DNA of 64,000 nucleotides, taken from contig JAFPWS010000013.1 of the NCBI GenBank assembly GCA_017412705.1, positions 1,706-65,705 of the forward strand. Direction: 5' to 3'. The stretch's first letter is position 1, and each line of letters begins with the position of its first letter. The DNA comes from Prevotella sp. Lineage in GTDB: Bacteria; Bacteroidota; Bacteroidia; Bacteroidales; Bacteroidaceae. The notes under the pieces were generated by a model, which did no database searches, was not told the DNA's origin, and saw only the letters and a list, made by a program, of their open reading frames with translations. The position numbers and the translations under genes were made by a program. Of this stretch, positions 46,777 through 57,859 are shown one piece after another.

Positions 46777-47931
46777 TTAGCTGAAATAGTTCTTGAACTT
46801 CTGGAAAATGCTGCGTTTGGTAGCGGCGTCGCCCTTGAAGTTGTCGCTCTGACGGAACTGTTCAATAGCTGTCTTCTCCTCGCGGGAGAGCTCCTTGGGA
46901 ATGTAGACGCTGACGTTCACCACCAGGTCGCCATTGCCGCGTCCATAGCCCTGAACAGCTGGCAGACCCTTGCCGCGCAGACGAAGTGTCTTGCCGGGCT
47001 GGGTGCCTGGTTCCATCTTCACTTTCAAGCGTGTTCCCTCAATGGTAGGAATCTCCACCTCACCTCCAAGTGCTGCTGTCGGGAAATCCAACAAGAGGTT
47101 GTATATCAAGTTGTTGTCGTCGCGAATGAAGGTGTCGTTCTCTTCCTCCTCGACAAATACCTGAATGTCGCCGTTGACACCCTTATGCTGTCCGGCATTA
47201 CCCTTGCCGGGGACATTGATAATCATGCCTTCGGCAACACCTGCGGGAATCTTGATTTCAACGACTTCCTCGCCCTTTTCGACACCTGTACCGTGACAAT
47301 GGTGGCACTTGTTCTTGATGATGTGACCCTCGCCGTCGCAGGTAGGACAGACTCCTTGTGTCTGCATCATACCGAAGATGCTCTGTGTGGTATGGGTAAT
47401 GACACCGCTTCCGTGACATGTAGGACAGGTCTCGCTGGGACTGCCGTCCTCGGCACCTGTACCGTGACAGTGTGAGCAGGTTATATCCTTGCGTACCTTG
47501 AACTTCTTGGTGACGCCGTGGGCAATCTCGTCAAGAGAGAGCCTTACCTTCAGGCGAAGGTCAGAACCACGATGTACCTGAGGACCACGACTGCCTCCTC
47601 CAAAGCCTCCGAAGCCTGCATGGCCACCGAAAATGTCACCGAACATAGAGAAGATGTCGTCCATGTTCATACTGGTGGCATTGAAGCCTCCAAAGCCTCC
47701 AGAGCCTGCAGGACCGTTGAATCCGAAGGTGTCGTATTGCTGTCGCTTCTGCGGGTCGTGCAGCACGTCGTAGGCCTCGGCAGCCTCCTTGAACTTCTCC
47801 TCGGCTTCCTTGTTGCCGGGGTTACGGTCGGGGTGATACTTGATGGCGATAGTGCGATACGCCTTCTTTATCTGATCTTCGGTGGCGTTTTTGTCTACGC
47901 CAAGCACCTCATAGTAGTCTCTTTTTGCCAT
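46777..47931 (-). CDS. dnaJ: Chaperone DnaJ
   Basis: J-domain HPD, G/F region and four CxxCxGxG repeats. Confidence 0.98.
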   Translation of the reverse strand: MAKRDYYEVLGVDKNATEDQIKKAYRTIAIKYHPDRNPGNKEAEEKFKEAAEAYDVLHDPQKRQQYDTFGFNGPAGSGGFGGFNATSMNMDDIFSMFGDIFGGHAGFGGFGGGSRGPQVHRGSDLRLKVRLSLDEIAHGVTKKFKVRKDITCSHCHGTGAEDGSPSETCPTCHGSGVITHTTQSIFGMMQTQGVCPTCDGEGHIIKNKCHHCHGTGVEKGEEVVEIKIPAGVAEGMIINVPGKGNAGQHKGVNGDIQVFVEEEENDTFIRDDNNLIYNLLLDFPTAALGGEVEIPTIEGTRLKVKMEPGTQPGKTLRLRGKGLPAVQGYGRGNGDLVVNVSVYIPKELSREEKTAIEQFRQSDNFKGDAATKRSIFQKFKNYFS

Positions 47932-47939
47932 TTTTGTGT

Positions 47940-48515
47940 TTATTGCCCTACTGCCACTTTGGCGTGGCGGATTACTTTATCGTTCAGTTGATAGCCTGTC
48001 TGCAGGCAGTCGATGACCTTGCCTTTCTTGTCGTCGCCCATACCGGGAACCATAGCTACGGCCTCATGCATATCGGTGTCGAAGTCGGCATCCTCGGTCT
48101 CAATCTTCTTGACGCCTAAGCTCTCGAGGGCCTTCATGAACTTCTGGTAGATGAGCTCCATACCCTCGCGCAACACTGCAGGGTCGTCGGTCTTCTCGCC
48201 ATTCTCCAAAGCACGCTCCATGTCGTCAATGACGGGCAGAATGGCCTGGACAGCTTTCTCGCCACCGTTTAGGATGAGCTCGGCTTTCTCCTTCAGCGTG
48301 CGCTTGCGATAGTTGTCGAACTCTGCTACGGAGCGCAGGTACTTGTCCTTGAGCTGCTCAATTTCGTCGAGGGCAGTCTCTAGTGGGTCTTTCTCGTCAG
48401 AATTCTCTGCATTCTCGGTGCTCTCTGAGGTTTCTGAATTCTTAGAATTCTCGGAATTTTCTTCGTTGTCAAGGATATTCTCCTCTTCCTGATTCTTTAT
48501 TTCTTCTTCTTTCAT
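47940..48515 (-). CDS. grpE: Nucleotide exchange factor GrpE
   Basis: [13 protein letters not shown] and [14 protein letters not shown]. Confidence 0.97.
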   Translation of the reverse strand: MKEEEIKNQEEENILDNEENSENSKNSETSESTENAENSDEKDPLETALDEIEQLKDKYLRSVAEFDNYRKRTLKEKAELILNGGEKAVQAILPVIDDMERALENGEKTDDPAVLREGMELIYQKFMKALESLGVKKIETEDADFDTDMHEAVAMVPGMGDDKKGKVIDCLQTGYQLNDKVIRHAKVAVGQ

Positions 48516-48541
48516 AGCTATAATGATTTATGAAGACTTGT

Positions 48542-48557
48542 AGCAAATTCTATGCCA
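48542..48557 (-). promoter_or_regulatory. sigma54-type -24/-12 promoter for grpE-dnaJ
   Basis: Minus strand TGGCAT-AGAAT-TTGCT with exact GG-N10-GC spacing. Confidence 0.65.
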
Positions 48558-48560
48558 ACA

Positions 48561-50177
<1,617 letters not shown>

Positions 50178-50344
50178 TTATTATACCTTATTTATTATTT
50201 GCGACTGCAAAGGTACGAATTATTTTTTATTTTTCATCGAGATTCTCCAAATTCTTGTTCCTTTGACTGTAGTCAAGGTACTCATGCTCGAAAAAATCCA
50301 AAATTCTCTTGTTTTTTTGCCCGCTTATTTGTACTTTTGCAGGC

Positions 50345-51406
50345 ATGAAACAAAAAGTTTGCATATTTACGGGAGCAAGACCGAACTTTGTGAAGGTTGC
50401 CCCCATCATCAGGGCTATAGAGCGTACCGAAGGCATATGCTATCAGCTGGTATATGCTGGTAAGGAGGACGACCCGACGCTGGAGGCCTCGTTGTTCAGC
50501 GACTTGCAGATGCCTCGCCCGGATGTGTTTCTGGGTGTTGACTGCGAGAACCTGAACGAGCTGACGGGTAAGGTGATGGCCGAATTTGAGCAATACCTGA
50601 ACCTACACGAGACAGATACGGTTATTGTGGTCGACGACCTGGCTTCCACTATGGCTGCTGCAATAGTTACCAAGAAGCGTGGTTTGCGACTGGCGCATCT
50701 GGTTGCAGGAACACGTTCCTTCGATATTCGTATGCCAAAGGAAATCAATCGGTTAGTGATAGATGGTCTAAGTGATTTGTTGTTTACTGCTGGAGTTGGT
50801 AGCAGTAGCATTGCTACGCGTGAAGGTGCTGAGTCGAGCAAGATATACATTGTGGGTAATATCCTGATGGATTCCCTGCGTTTTAATCATGACCGATGGC
50901 AGCGTCCCAGTTGCCTGGAAGGTATTGAGGACGGTCGTTATCTGGTGTTCACCCTGAACCGTCGTGCGCTGCTGGCTGACGGGCAGAACCTGCAGCGGAT
51001 GCTTCAGGTGATAGCAGAAACGGTTGGCGATACACCTGTCATAGCCCCACTGCGTAACGAGGCCTACAAGATAGTTACGGCGCAGTCTTCCAGAATAGTA
51101 GTGCTTTCCTCGTTGTCCTATCTGGAGTTCGGCTACCTGACGTCTCATGCGTTGGGTATCATTACTGACTCAGGAAATGTGGCCGAGGAGGCAACTTTCA
51201 ACAATGTTCCTTGCATTACGCTGAACAGCTATACAGAGCACCAGGAGACTGTCAAGCAAGGTACCAATGTGCTGGTTGGCGAAGACGCTGTGCGCTTGCA
51301 GGAAGCCTTGGCCGACCTGCTGGCAGGACGTTGGAAACACGGTTCTTTGCCCGACCGTTGGGATGGTCGTACGGCAGAGCGTATAGTACAGATTTTAATG
51401 TCATGA
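50345..51406 (+). CDS. UDP-GlcNAc 2-epimerase-like protein with divergent active-site motifs
   Basis: GARPNFVK, AGTRSFD..MP.E.NR, VGN..D, ITDSG...EEA and WDG. Confidence 0.85.
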   Translation: MKQKVCIFTGARPNFVKVAPIIRAIERTEGICYQLVYAGKEDDPTLEASLFSDLQMPRPDVFLGVDCENLNELTGKVMAEFEQYLNLHETDTVIVVDDLASTMAAAIVTKKRGLRLAHLVAGTRSFDIRMPKEINRLVIDGLSDLLFTAGVGSSSIATREGAESSKIYIVGNILMDSLRFNHDRWQRPSCLEGIEDGRYLVFTLNRRALLADGQNLQRMLQVIAETVGDTPVIAPLRNEAYKIVTAQSSRIVVLSSLSYLEFGYLTSHALGIITDSGNVAEEATFNNVPCITLNSYTEHQETVKQGTNVLVGEDAVRLQEALADLLAGRWKHGSLPDRWDGRTAERIVQILMS

Positions 51407-52335
51407 AAGCAATACTCATCTTACTTGTAGGCTGGATAGGAGACCTGATGATTGGCGACCCCTCGTGGTTGCCACACCCCATAGTGTGGTTCGGTAAGCT
51501 GATAGCTGCCTTTGAGCGTTGGCTGAACAGAGGGCGCTTCCGCAAGCTGAAGGGGGCGCTGACGGCTATTGTGCTGATAGCGGCTGTGTTTGCCGCTTTC
51601 TACTATCTGATGGATTGGCTGTACAGCATTAACGTTTTCCTGGGAATGACCGTAGGAGCCATCTGCGTCTTCTACTGTCTGGCGGGAACAACGTTGATTC
51701 GTGAGGTTCGTGAGGTGTTCCGCACAGTAGACCGTTCGTTGGAAGAGGGTAGGACACAGGTGGCCCGTATTGTGGGGCGTGATACCTCTAATCTGAATGA
51801 GCAGGAAGTGCGTACAGCAGCCTTGGAGACACTGGCAGAGAATCTGAGCGACGGGGTGATAGCTCCATTGTTCTGGTACCTTTTGCTGGGTGTGCCAGGG
51901 ATGATGGCTTATAAGATGGTCAACACGTTAGACTCTATGATTGGCTATCGTACGGAGCGTTACTGTGAGTTTGGCTGGTGTGCTGCCCATATTGACGATG
52001 CAGCCAACTACCTGCCTGCACGTATTACAGCCATGCTGATGCTGCTGGTGACGTGGCGCTTTAGCTTATTGCCCTTCGTCACTTGGTTCGGACGTGAGCA
52101 GGACAGTCCCAATAGCGGTTACCCTGAGGCGGCCTTAGCGGGAATCCTTGACTGTCGCTTCGGTGGTCCGCACTATTACTTCGGAGAATGGTTTGACAAA
52201 CCCTATATTGGTACCAACGAGCGTCCGTTGACAACAGACGACATGCGTCGCGCTGTCAGCATTAACCGAAGGGTTGAAGTGGTGATGGTCGTACTTGTAG
52301 TCGTCATACGTTACTTTATACATATCCACCTATGA
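51403..52335 (+). CDS. cbiB: Adenosylcobinamide-phosphate synthase
   Basis: GDP...PHP, IVGRDT, AENLSDG, NTLDSMIGY and SPNSGYPEA. Confidence 0.95.
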   Translation: MKAILILLVGWIGDLMIGDPSWLPHPIVWFGKLIAAFERWLNRGRFRKLKGALTAIVLIAAVFAAFYYLMDWLYSINVFLGMTVGAICVFYCLAGTTLIREVREVFRTVDRSLEEGRTQVARIVGRDTSNLNEQEVRTAALETLAENLSDGVIAPLFWYLLLGVPGMMAYKMVNTLDSMIGYRTERYCEFGWCAAHIDDAANYLPARITAMLMLLVTWRFSLLPFVTWFGREQDSPNSGYPEAALAGILDCRFGGPHYYFGEWFDKPYIGTNERPLTTDDMRRAVSINRRVEVVMVVLVVVIRYFIHIHL

Positions 52336-53453
52336 AGAAACAGTTATTCCTTTTTTCTTTAGCTGTCGTACTCCTGACAGCATGTGGCTCACGCAATCAG
52401 CATCTGGCGGAGTCGGCAGATACGACATCAGATACCGCTTCGGTAGCGATGAACGTCCAGTATGCCAAAGGTTTCACGGTTCGTGATTCGGCTGGTGTCA
52501 GACTGGTAGACGTCGGTCTTGATACGCATCTGGCTTTGGTGCGTCAGGCTGATGTTCAGGTGCCAGCCGACTATGTGAAGATACAGGTACCTATACAACG
52601 TACCATTCTGATGACGGCTTTGCAGTTGTCGAACTTTACCATTCTGGAGGCACACGACCTGATAAAAGGTATTACGGGGACCAAGAACCTGTTTAACAAA
52701 GATATCAAACAGCGTGTCAAAGACGGCAGCATTGTCAAGATAGGAATGGAGGGTAACGTGGATACGGAGCTGGTGCTGGCTGCCAATCCTGATGTAATCT
52801 TCATCTCCCCCTCCAAACGTGGTGGCTATGATGCCATTCGTGAGACGGGAATCACGCTGGTGCCCCACTTGGGCTATAAAGAGCTTGACCCGTTGGGACA
52901 GGCTGAATGGATTAAGTTCGTGGGAATGTTCATCGGTAAGGAACGTGAGGCCAACGAGCTCTTCGCAGGTATCGAGCAACGTTATAACGACCTGAAGAAC
53001 AAGGTGAGGGAGGCAGACTTCAAGGAGTTGCCGACCATTACCAGTGGCGAGATGCACTATGGCAACTGGCACGCAGTAGGAGGAAAGAACTACTTGGCAC
53101 AGATATTTCGTGACGCTGGAGCTGACTATGTGATTCACGATGAGGAAACCAGTGGCGAAAACCTGGAGTTTGAGAAAATGTACGCCCTTGCCGCCAATGC
53201 CGACTATTGGCGCATTCTAAATAGTTTCGCAGGCGATTTCAGCTATGAGGCGTTGAAGGCCAGCGAGCCTCGAAACGAGTTGTTCAAGGCTTTCAAGGAG
53301 CGCAAGGTGGTCTACTGCAATATGAAGCAGACGCCTTATTACGAGATATCACCCGTCAAGCCTGATGTCCTACTGAAGGACTTAGTGGCAATCTTCCATC
53401 CTGAGCTGGTGGAGAAAGACTATCAGCCCACCTTCTATCAATTATTGAAATGA
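52332..53453 (+). CDS. ABC transporter substrate-binding lipoprotein (BtuF-like)
   Basis: Lipobox LTAC, YAKGF, PLGQAEWIKF and PD.LL.DL..IFHPE. Confidence 0.88.
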   Translation: MKKQLFLFSLAVVLLTACGSRNQHLAESADTTSDTASVAMNVQYAKGFTVRDSAGVRLVDVGLDTHLALVRQADVQVPADYVKIQVPIQRTILMTALQLSNFTILEAHDLIKGITGTKNLFNKDIKQRVKDGSIVKIGMEGNVDTELVLAANPDVIFISPSKRGGYDAIRETGITLVPHLGYKELDPLGQAEWIKFVGMFIGKEREANELFAGIEQRYNDLKNKVREADFKELPTITSGEMHYGNWHAVGGKNYLAQIFRDAGADYVIHDEETSGENLEFEKMYALAANADYWRILNSFAGDFSYEALKASEPRNELFKAFKERKVVYCNMKQTPYYEISPVKPDVLLKDLVAIFHPELVEKDYQPTFYQLLK

Positions 53454-54478
53454 GACGATTTCTGTTGCTGACCTTATTCCTCTTGTTCACTATTGTCGTT
53501 TTGATGATAGTGAACCTGCTGATTGGTACCGTGCCGATTCCTGTCGCTGAGGTGTGCCGAATCTTGATGGGGATGGGCAGCGACTCTGAAATCTGGACTA
53601 ATATCACTCTGAGTTCTCGCCTGCCTCAAGTGCTGACGGCCATTGTGGCTGGTGCGGGATTAGCCGTCAGCGGACTTCAGATGCAGACCGTCTTTCGTAA
53701 TCCGTTGGCGGGTCCTTCGGTGTTGGGTATCAGCAACGGCTCAGCCTTGGGTGTCGCCTTTGTCATCTTGCTCTCAGGGCAGTTGGGTGGGGTGGCGTTG
53801 AGCCGTTTGGGCTACTTGGGCGACGTAGCCATCTCTATTGCAGCCATCATTGGTGCGCTGGCTGTGCTGATGCTGATAGTATGGATATCGCAACGTGTCA
53901 AAGGAAACGTTACCTTGCTGATTATTGGTGTGATGATAGGCTACTTGGCCAATGCCATTATCGGTGTGTTGAAATTCCTGTCGCCTGAGGAAGACGTGAA
54001 GGCTTTCGTCGTCTGGGGGTTAGGGTCGTTCAGCCGGGTGTCGGGCGACCAGATGGTGCTCTTCGTGGTGCTGATGTGCGTGTTGCTGCCTTTAAGCTTT
54101 CTGTTGGTCAAGCCCATGAATATCCTCCTGCTGGGCGAACGCTATGCTTCCAATCTTGGATTGAACGTTGCGCGTGCCCGGATGCAGATTATCATCTGTT
54201 CTGGAGTGCTGGTGGCTATCGTTACTGCCTACTGTGGTCCGATTATGTTCATAGGACTTGCGGTACCTCATTTGGCGCGTGCCTTGTTCCGTACCAGCGA
54301 CCATCGTCAGCTGATGCCTGCAACAGCATTGTGTGGTGCTGCTCTGGCATTGGTTTGCAACTTCATTGCCCGAATGCCGGGCTTCGAGGGAGCGCTACCT
54401 GTCAATAGTGTAACAGCCCTTGTAGGTGCTCCTGTTATAGCGAGTGTACTTTTCCGTCGTCGTCAATCAGCAGAATAG
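53450..54478 (+). CDS. FecCD/BtuC-family ABC permease
   Basis: RLP, FRNPLAGP..LGIS.G, A..LG and FIGLAVPH. Confidence 0.92.
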   Translation: MRRFLLLTLFLLFTIVVLMIVNLLIGTVPIPVAEVCRILMGMGSDSEIWTNITLSSRLPQVLTAIVAGAGLAVSGLQMQTVFRNPLAGPSVLGISNGSALGVAFVILLSGQLGGVALSRLGYLGDVAISIAAIIGALAVLMLIVWISQRVKGNVTLLIIGVMIGYLANAIIGVLKFLSPEEDVKAFVVWGLGSFSRVSGDQMVLFVVLMCVLLPLSFLLVKPMNILLLGERYASNLGLNVARARMQIIICSGVLVAIVTAYCGPIMFIGLAVPHLARALFRTSDHRQLMPATALCGAALALVCNFIARMPGFEGALPVNSVTALVGAPVIASVLFRRRQSAE

Positions 54479-56174
54479 TCAGTTCGCCGCTGGGAAGCAG
54501 CTGGCAGCAATGCTCGTGGCAATACTTAATGACCACTCGGGCAAAATCTTCAACCTTCTCTTCCGGAATCAGGTTCCACAGTTCACGAGCCAGCGTGAAG
54601 GTGTGACTCGCAGCGTCTTGCACACCAGCCTCCTTCAGCATCTGCTGGATGAAGTTCGTATTCATGGTGGCCACACGGCTATGGGTATCCAGATGTCCTT
54701 CTGCCAGTTTGACAGCTTTACCCAGCATCACTCCGAGAGTGACTTTGGGAATGTTGAGCTCAGCAGCTATCTTGAGTGTCTCGCCGATATAGTTGCCATA
54801 CTCCACGAAAGCCTGACGGGGAAGGTTGGGGTAGAGGTGACGCACGAAACGTTCGCTCTTTGCACCGCTGTTGATAACCACGCGGTCTGCTCCGCTGGCT
54901 TGGGCAACCTCCATACACTTGCGGATGGAACTGATGAAAGCCTCTTCGCTGAAGGGCTTCACTATACCCGAGACACCAATAATCGAAATGCCGCCCTCAA
55001 TACCCAGACGAGGATTAAAGGTACGACGGGCTATTTCCTCGCCACCGGGAACGGAAATCGTTATCCGTACGTTCTCCTTGATATTGCTGCGCATCATCTG
55101 ACGAGGTCCCCGGTTGATAGCTGCCTCGCCGGGAGGATAGTCGAAGCCTGGAAGCGTGAAGGTTCCTACACCTTCGCCCCCCAGAATCTGAAACGCTTCA
55201 GCCTTTTCGACGTAAGCACGCACCTCAATGCCGTCCGTCACGTCGGGGTCGTCGCCAGCCTCCTTGACGCAATAGGCGTACTCCTTCCCATAGCCTACAG
55301 CAACGGGAATGGTTTCCCCGTCGGGTAGTAATACGGGAACCTCTTGAGGTTGCTTGTTCTTCAGCAGGCGTAAGGTTGCGGCAATCGCTGCTGCTGTAGC
55401 ACAGGTACCTGTCGTGAGCCCGCTATGTAGGGGAAAGAATTCGGGTAATAGCTGTTCTATCTGACGCCGTAAGCCGTGTGGACCGTTGACGACGAAGTAG
55501 ACCGTTTCGGGAGGAAGCTGGTCTTTAAGCGAGGGGCGCTTGAGCACAATGACGCGCATGCCCTTTTCAAAGGCAGCAGCCACCTTCTCCTGGAATCCCC
55601 CAGACAGTCCGCTCTCCTTCAGAAGGATGGCGTCGGCTTCTGTGTTAAGCTGTCCGTCACCTTCATAGTAACACAACTGTGCATCAGTAGCTCCCTGCTT
55701 CTTGGCTAATGCGACAGACGACTCACGGGGCAGGATGCGGTAGACGACTTGCACGCCTTGCGCTTCAAGATACTTCAGTTTGGCAATGCTCTGTACCCCA
55801 GTGGTAGCCAGCAAGGTGTGGATGTCACGAGGTACCTGGCTGTAGTCGTCAATCCATTCAAGCTGGGGATTACGCTCAGGATAGATTCGTTCGTAGCGTA
55901 CGATGGGAATGTGGAGCTCGTGAGCCGTCAGGGCTACCGTCTGGTGCAGCTGTAACGCAAAGGGATGGGCGGCGTCAACTATCAGACGGATATCGTGGGC
56001 TCTGCAGAACGCCAGCATATCTTCCTTGTCGAGTGCTCCGTCCATGCGGACACCCTTGTGCAGCGTAACTTCCTGCTCGCCAGTCTTGGTGGAATAGTAA
56101 TAGGTAGTGCCGCCTTCCTCCAGCACCTCCACAGCCTTGCGACCTTCCGTTGTTCCGCCAAATACCAATATCAT
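54435..56174 (-). CDS. cbiD: CbiJ/CobK-CbiD fusion (precorrin-6x reductase plus cobalt-precorrin-5B methyltransferase)
   Basis: N-terminal LVFGGTTEG and DAAHPFA. C-terminal GLTTGTCATAA, K.AGDDPDVTDG and TFNPRLGI.GGISI.G. Confidence 0.93.
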   Translation of the reverse strand: MILVFGGTTEGRKAVEVLEEGGTTYYYSTKTGEQEVTLHKGVRMDGALDKEDMLAFCRAHDIRLIVDAAHPFALQLHQTVALTAHELHIPIVRYERIYPERNPQLEWIDDYSQVPRDIHTLLATTGVQSIAKLKYLEAQGVQVVYRILPRESSVALAKKQGATDAQLCYYEGDGQLNTEADAILLKESGLSGGFQEKVAAAFEKGMRVIVLKRPSLKDQLPPETVYFVVNGPHGLRRQIEQLLPEFFPLHSGLTTGTCATAAAIAATLRLLKNKQPQEVPVLLPDGETIPVAVGYGKEYAYCVKEAGDDPDVTDGIEVRAYVEKAEAFQILGGEGVGTFTLPGFDYPPGEAAINRGPRQMMRSNIKENVRITISVPGGEEIARRTFNPRLGIEGGISIIGVSGIVKPFSEEAFISSIRKCMEVAQASGADRVVINSGAKSERFVRHLYPNLPRQAFVEYGNYIGETLKIAAELNIPKVTLGVMLGKAVKLAEGHLDTHSRVATMNTNFIQQMLKEAGVQDAASHTFTLARELWNLIPEEKVEDFARVVIKYCHEHCCQLLPSGELTILLIDDDGKVHSL

Positions 56175-56268
56175 GATGCAAATTTACAACTATTTTCCGA
56201 GAATAAAGGAGTAATGTCGGAAATAATTTGTAACTTTGCAACCAAAATCATTACAAAGAAACAAGTCT

Positions 56269-56754
56269 ATGGCTGCAAGTTCTCATAATCTTTATGATTT
56301 CCCCGAGGAAAAGGATGTTTCTTTCCCTCCCGCTCATACGGCAGAACACCTGCTGAATCAGGTGATGATTCGCCTTTTTGGCTGTGAGCGTTCCTATAAT
56401 GCGCATATTGAGCGCAAGAAGAGCAAGATGAGCTTCCATCTGGACCATAAGCCGTCCAGACAGGAGGAGAAGACCATAGAGCGCGAGATGCAGCGCCTGA
56501 TAGACGAAGACCTTCCTGTCACTTTTGAGTTCGTCAGTCGCGATGAGATTCCCGCAGAGGTGAAGCTCGACCGTCTGCCCGATGATGCCTCAGAGACCTT
56601 ACGGCTGGTGCGTATCGGCGACTTCGACGTGTGTCCGTGTATCGGCAAGCATGTACGGTCAACAGGGCAGATAGGACGCTTCGAGATGTTAGGCACCAAC
56701 TGGGAAGAACAAGAACGTTCCTTCCGTGTAAGATTCAAAATAATAGCCCCGTAA
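56269..56754 (+). CDS. Free-standing AlaX-like tRNA editing domain
   Basis: HTAEH and C.GKH zinc ligands, LRLVRIGDFD. Confidence 0.8.
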   Translation: MAASSHNLYDFPEEKDVSFPPAHTAEHLLNQVMIRLFGCERSYNAHIERKKSKMSFHLDHKPSRQEEKTIEREMQRLIDEDLPVTFEFVSRDEIPAEVKLDRLPDDASETLRLVRIGDFDVCPCIGKHVRSTGQIGRFEMLGTNWEEQERSFRVRFKIIAP

Positions 56755-56772
56755 ACTAATACAGGGCTATTA
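56741..56772. terminator. Hairpin between convergent genes
   Basis: TAATAGCCC...GGGCTATTA. Confidence 0.6.
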
Positions 56773-56794
56773 CTATTATTGTGGTATGCATCTT

Positions 56795-57853
56795 TTATAG
56801 AGCAATCTTCATGAATACGGGGAAGTGGTCGGAGTTGGTCAGCTCACCCTTATAGTAGGTTAAACCCTTGAGCGACTTATCGTGGAAGATGTAGTCAATG
56901 CGGACAGGCTTTCTGGAGTCGCGCATCGTGTACATGAATCCGCTACCACACTCCTTGAAGCCGTCAACCATATTGCCCAGCATGGTGTTGTAGACGTAGG
57001 AGTAGGGGACGTCGTTGAAGTCACCGCAGACGATACATGGTTTCTCGCTGCTGCGTTTCTCGTTGGCTACCGTTACGGCCTGACCCACACGGAACATCAA
57101 TCCCAGCGTGTAATTGCCGTAGATGGCATCAAAAAGTCTGCCACTTTGTACCTCCTGGTTGTTCATCTGCATCTTGGCAGCCTGGCGCAATGTGCGGTTA
57201 ATGCCTGTGGTCTGCAGGTGAACGTTGAAGACGCGAATCTCCTTTCCCTTTACGTCAATATCAGCCCACATCGCGCTGTTGTTGGTGTCGTCGAAGAGAA
57301 GAGTCTTGTTCTTCTTGATAGGGTAGCGGCTGAAGATAACCATATCCTCACGGCCAACCTGCATATAAGGGAAATACTCCTTGTAGCTCTCAGAGTTGTG
57401 CTTGTCGCCGCTGGTCTCATTGTACTCCTGCATGCAGAGCACATCGACTTTCTGACGGCGTATCTCTGCCAGAATGTCCAACGCCATGAATCCTGAGGTT
57501 TCCCGACCGAACATAGCGACGTTGTAGGTGGCAATCTTCAGGCCGGGCTGTTTTTCTGCCTCCTTGTCCAGCGAGCCGAACTGGAAAATGGTGCCGATGT
57601 AAGGTATGCAGCAGGCTACGGTGACAATGGGTATCAGCGCATGGAACCAGCGCTTGCGAACCAGCCAGTATATCAGCAGTAGTAAGTTGGCGATGATGAG
57701 AAGAGGGAGAATATAAACCAGCATGGCACGCGACGTGTTGCCGATGGGGTTGGAGTCGCCTCCGAAGAGTGCAGTAATTGTGAAGGCCGATACCACTATC
57801 TGCGCCACAAGAAACATCATGGCCACATATTTATAGACTGCTAATTTACCCAT
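56795..57853 (-). CDS. Membrane-anchored endonuclease/exonuclease/phosphatase
   Basis: Three N-terminal TMs, TYNV, MQE, GDFND, RIDYI and SDH.PV. Confidence 0.9.
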   Translation of the reverse strand: MGKLAVYKYVAMMFLVAQIVVSAFTITALFGGDSNPIGNTSRAMLVYILPLLIIANLLLLIYWLVRKRWFHALIPIVTVACCIPYIGTIFQFGSLDKEAEKQPGLKIATYNVAMFGRETSGFMALDILAEIRRQKVDVLCMQEYNETSGDKHNSESYKEYFPYMQVGREDMVIFSRYPIKKNKTLLFDDTNNSAMWADIDVKGKEIRVFNVHLQTTGINRTLRQAAKMQMNNQEVQSGRLFDAIYGNYTLGLMFRVGQAVTVANEKRSSEKPCIVCGDFNDVPYSYVYNTMLGNMVDGFKECGSGFMYTMRDSRKPVRIDYIFHDKSLKGLTYYKGELTNSDHFPVFMKIAL

Positions 57854-57859
57854 AAAGAT

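Noticed and set aside
48395-48465. 9-bp-period repeats in the grpE N-terminus ([13 protein letters not shown]) and the Ala/Glu tail of bL9
   Set aside because: Low-complexity expansions in disordered termini are common and imply no function.
54435-56174. CbiJ-CbiD fusion as a novelty
   Set aside because: Both halves look complete, and I recall this fusion as usual in Bacteroidales.
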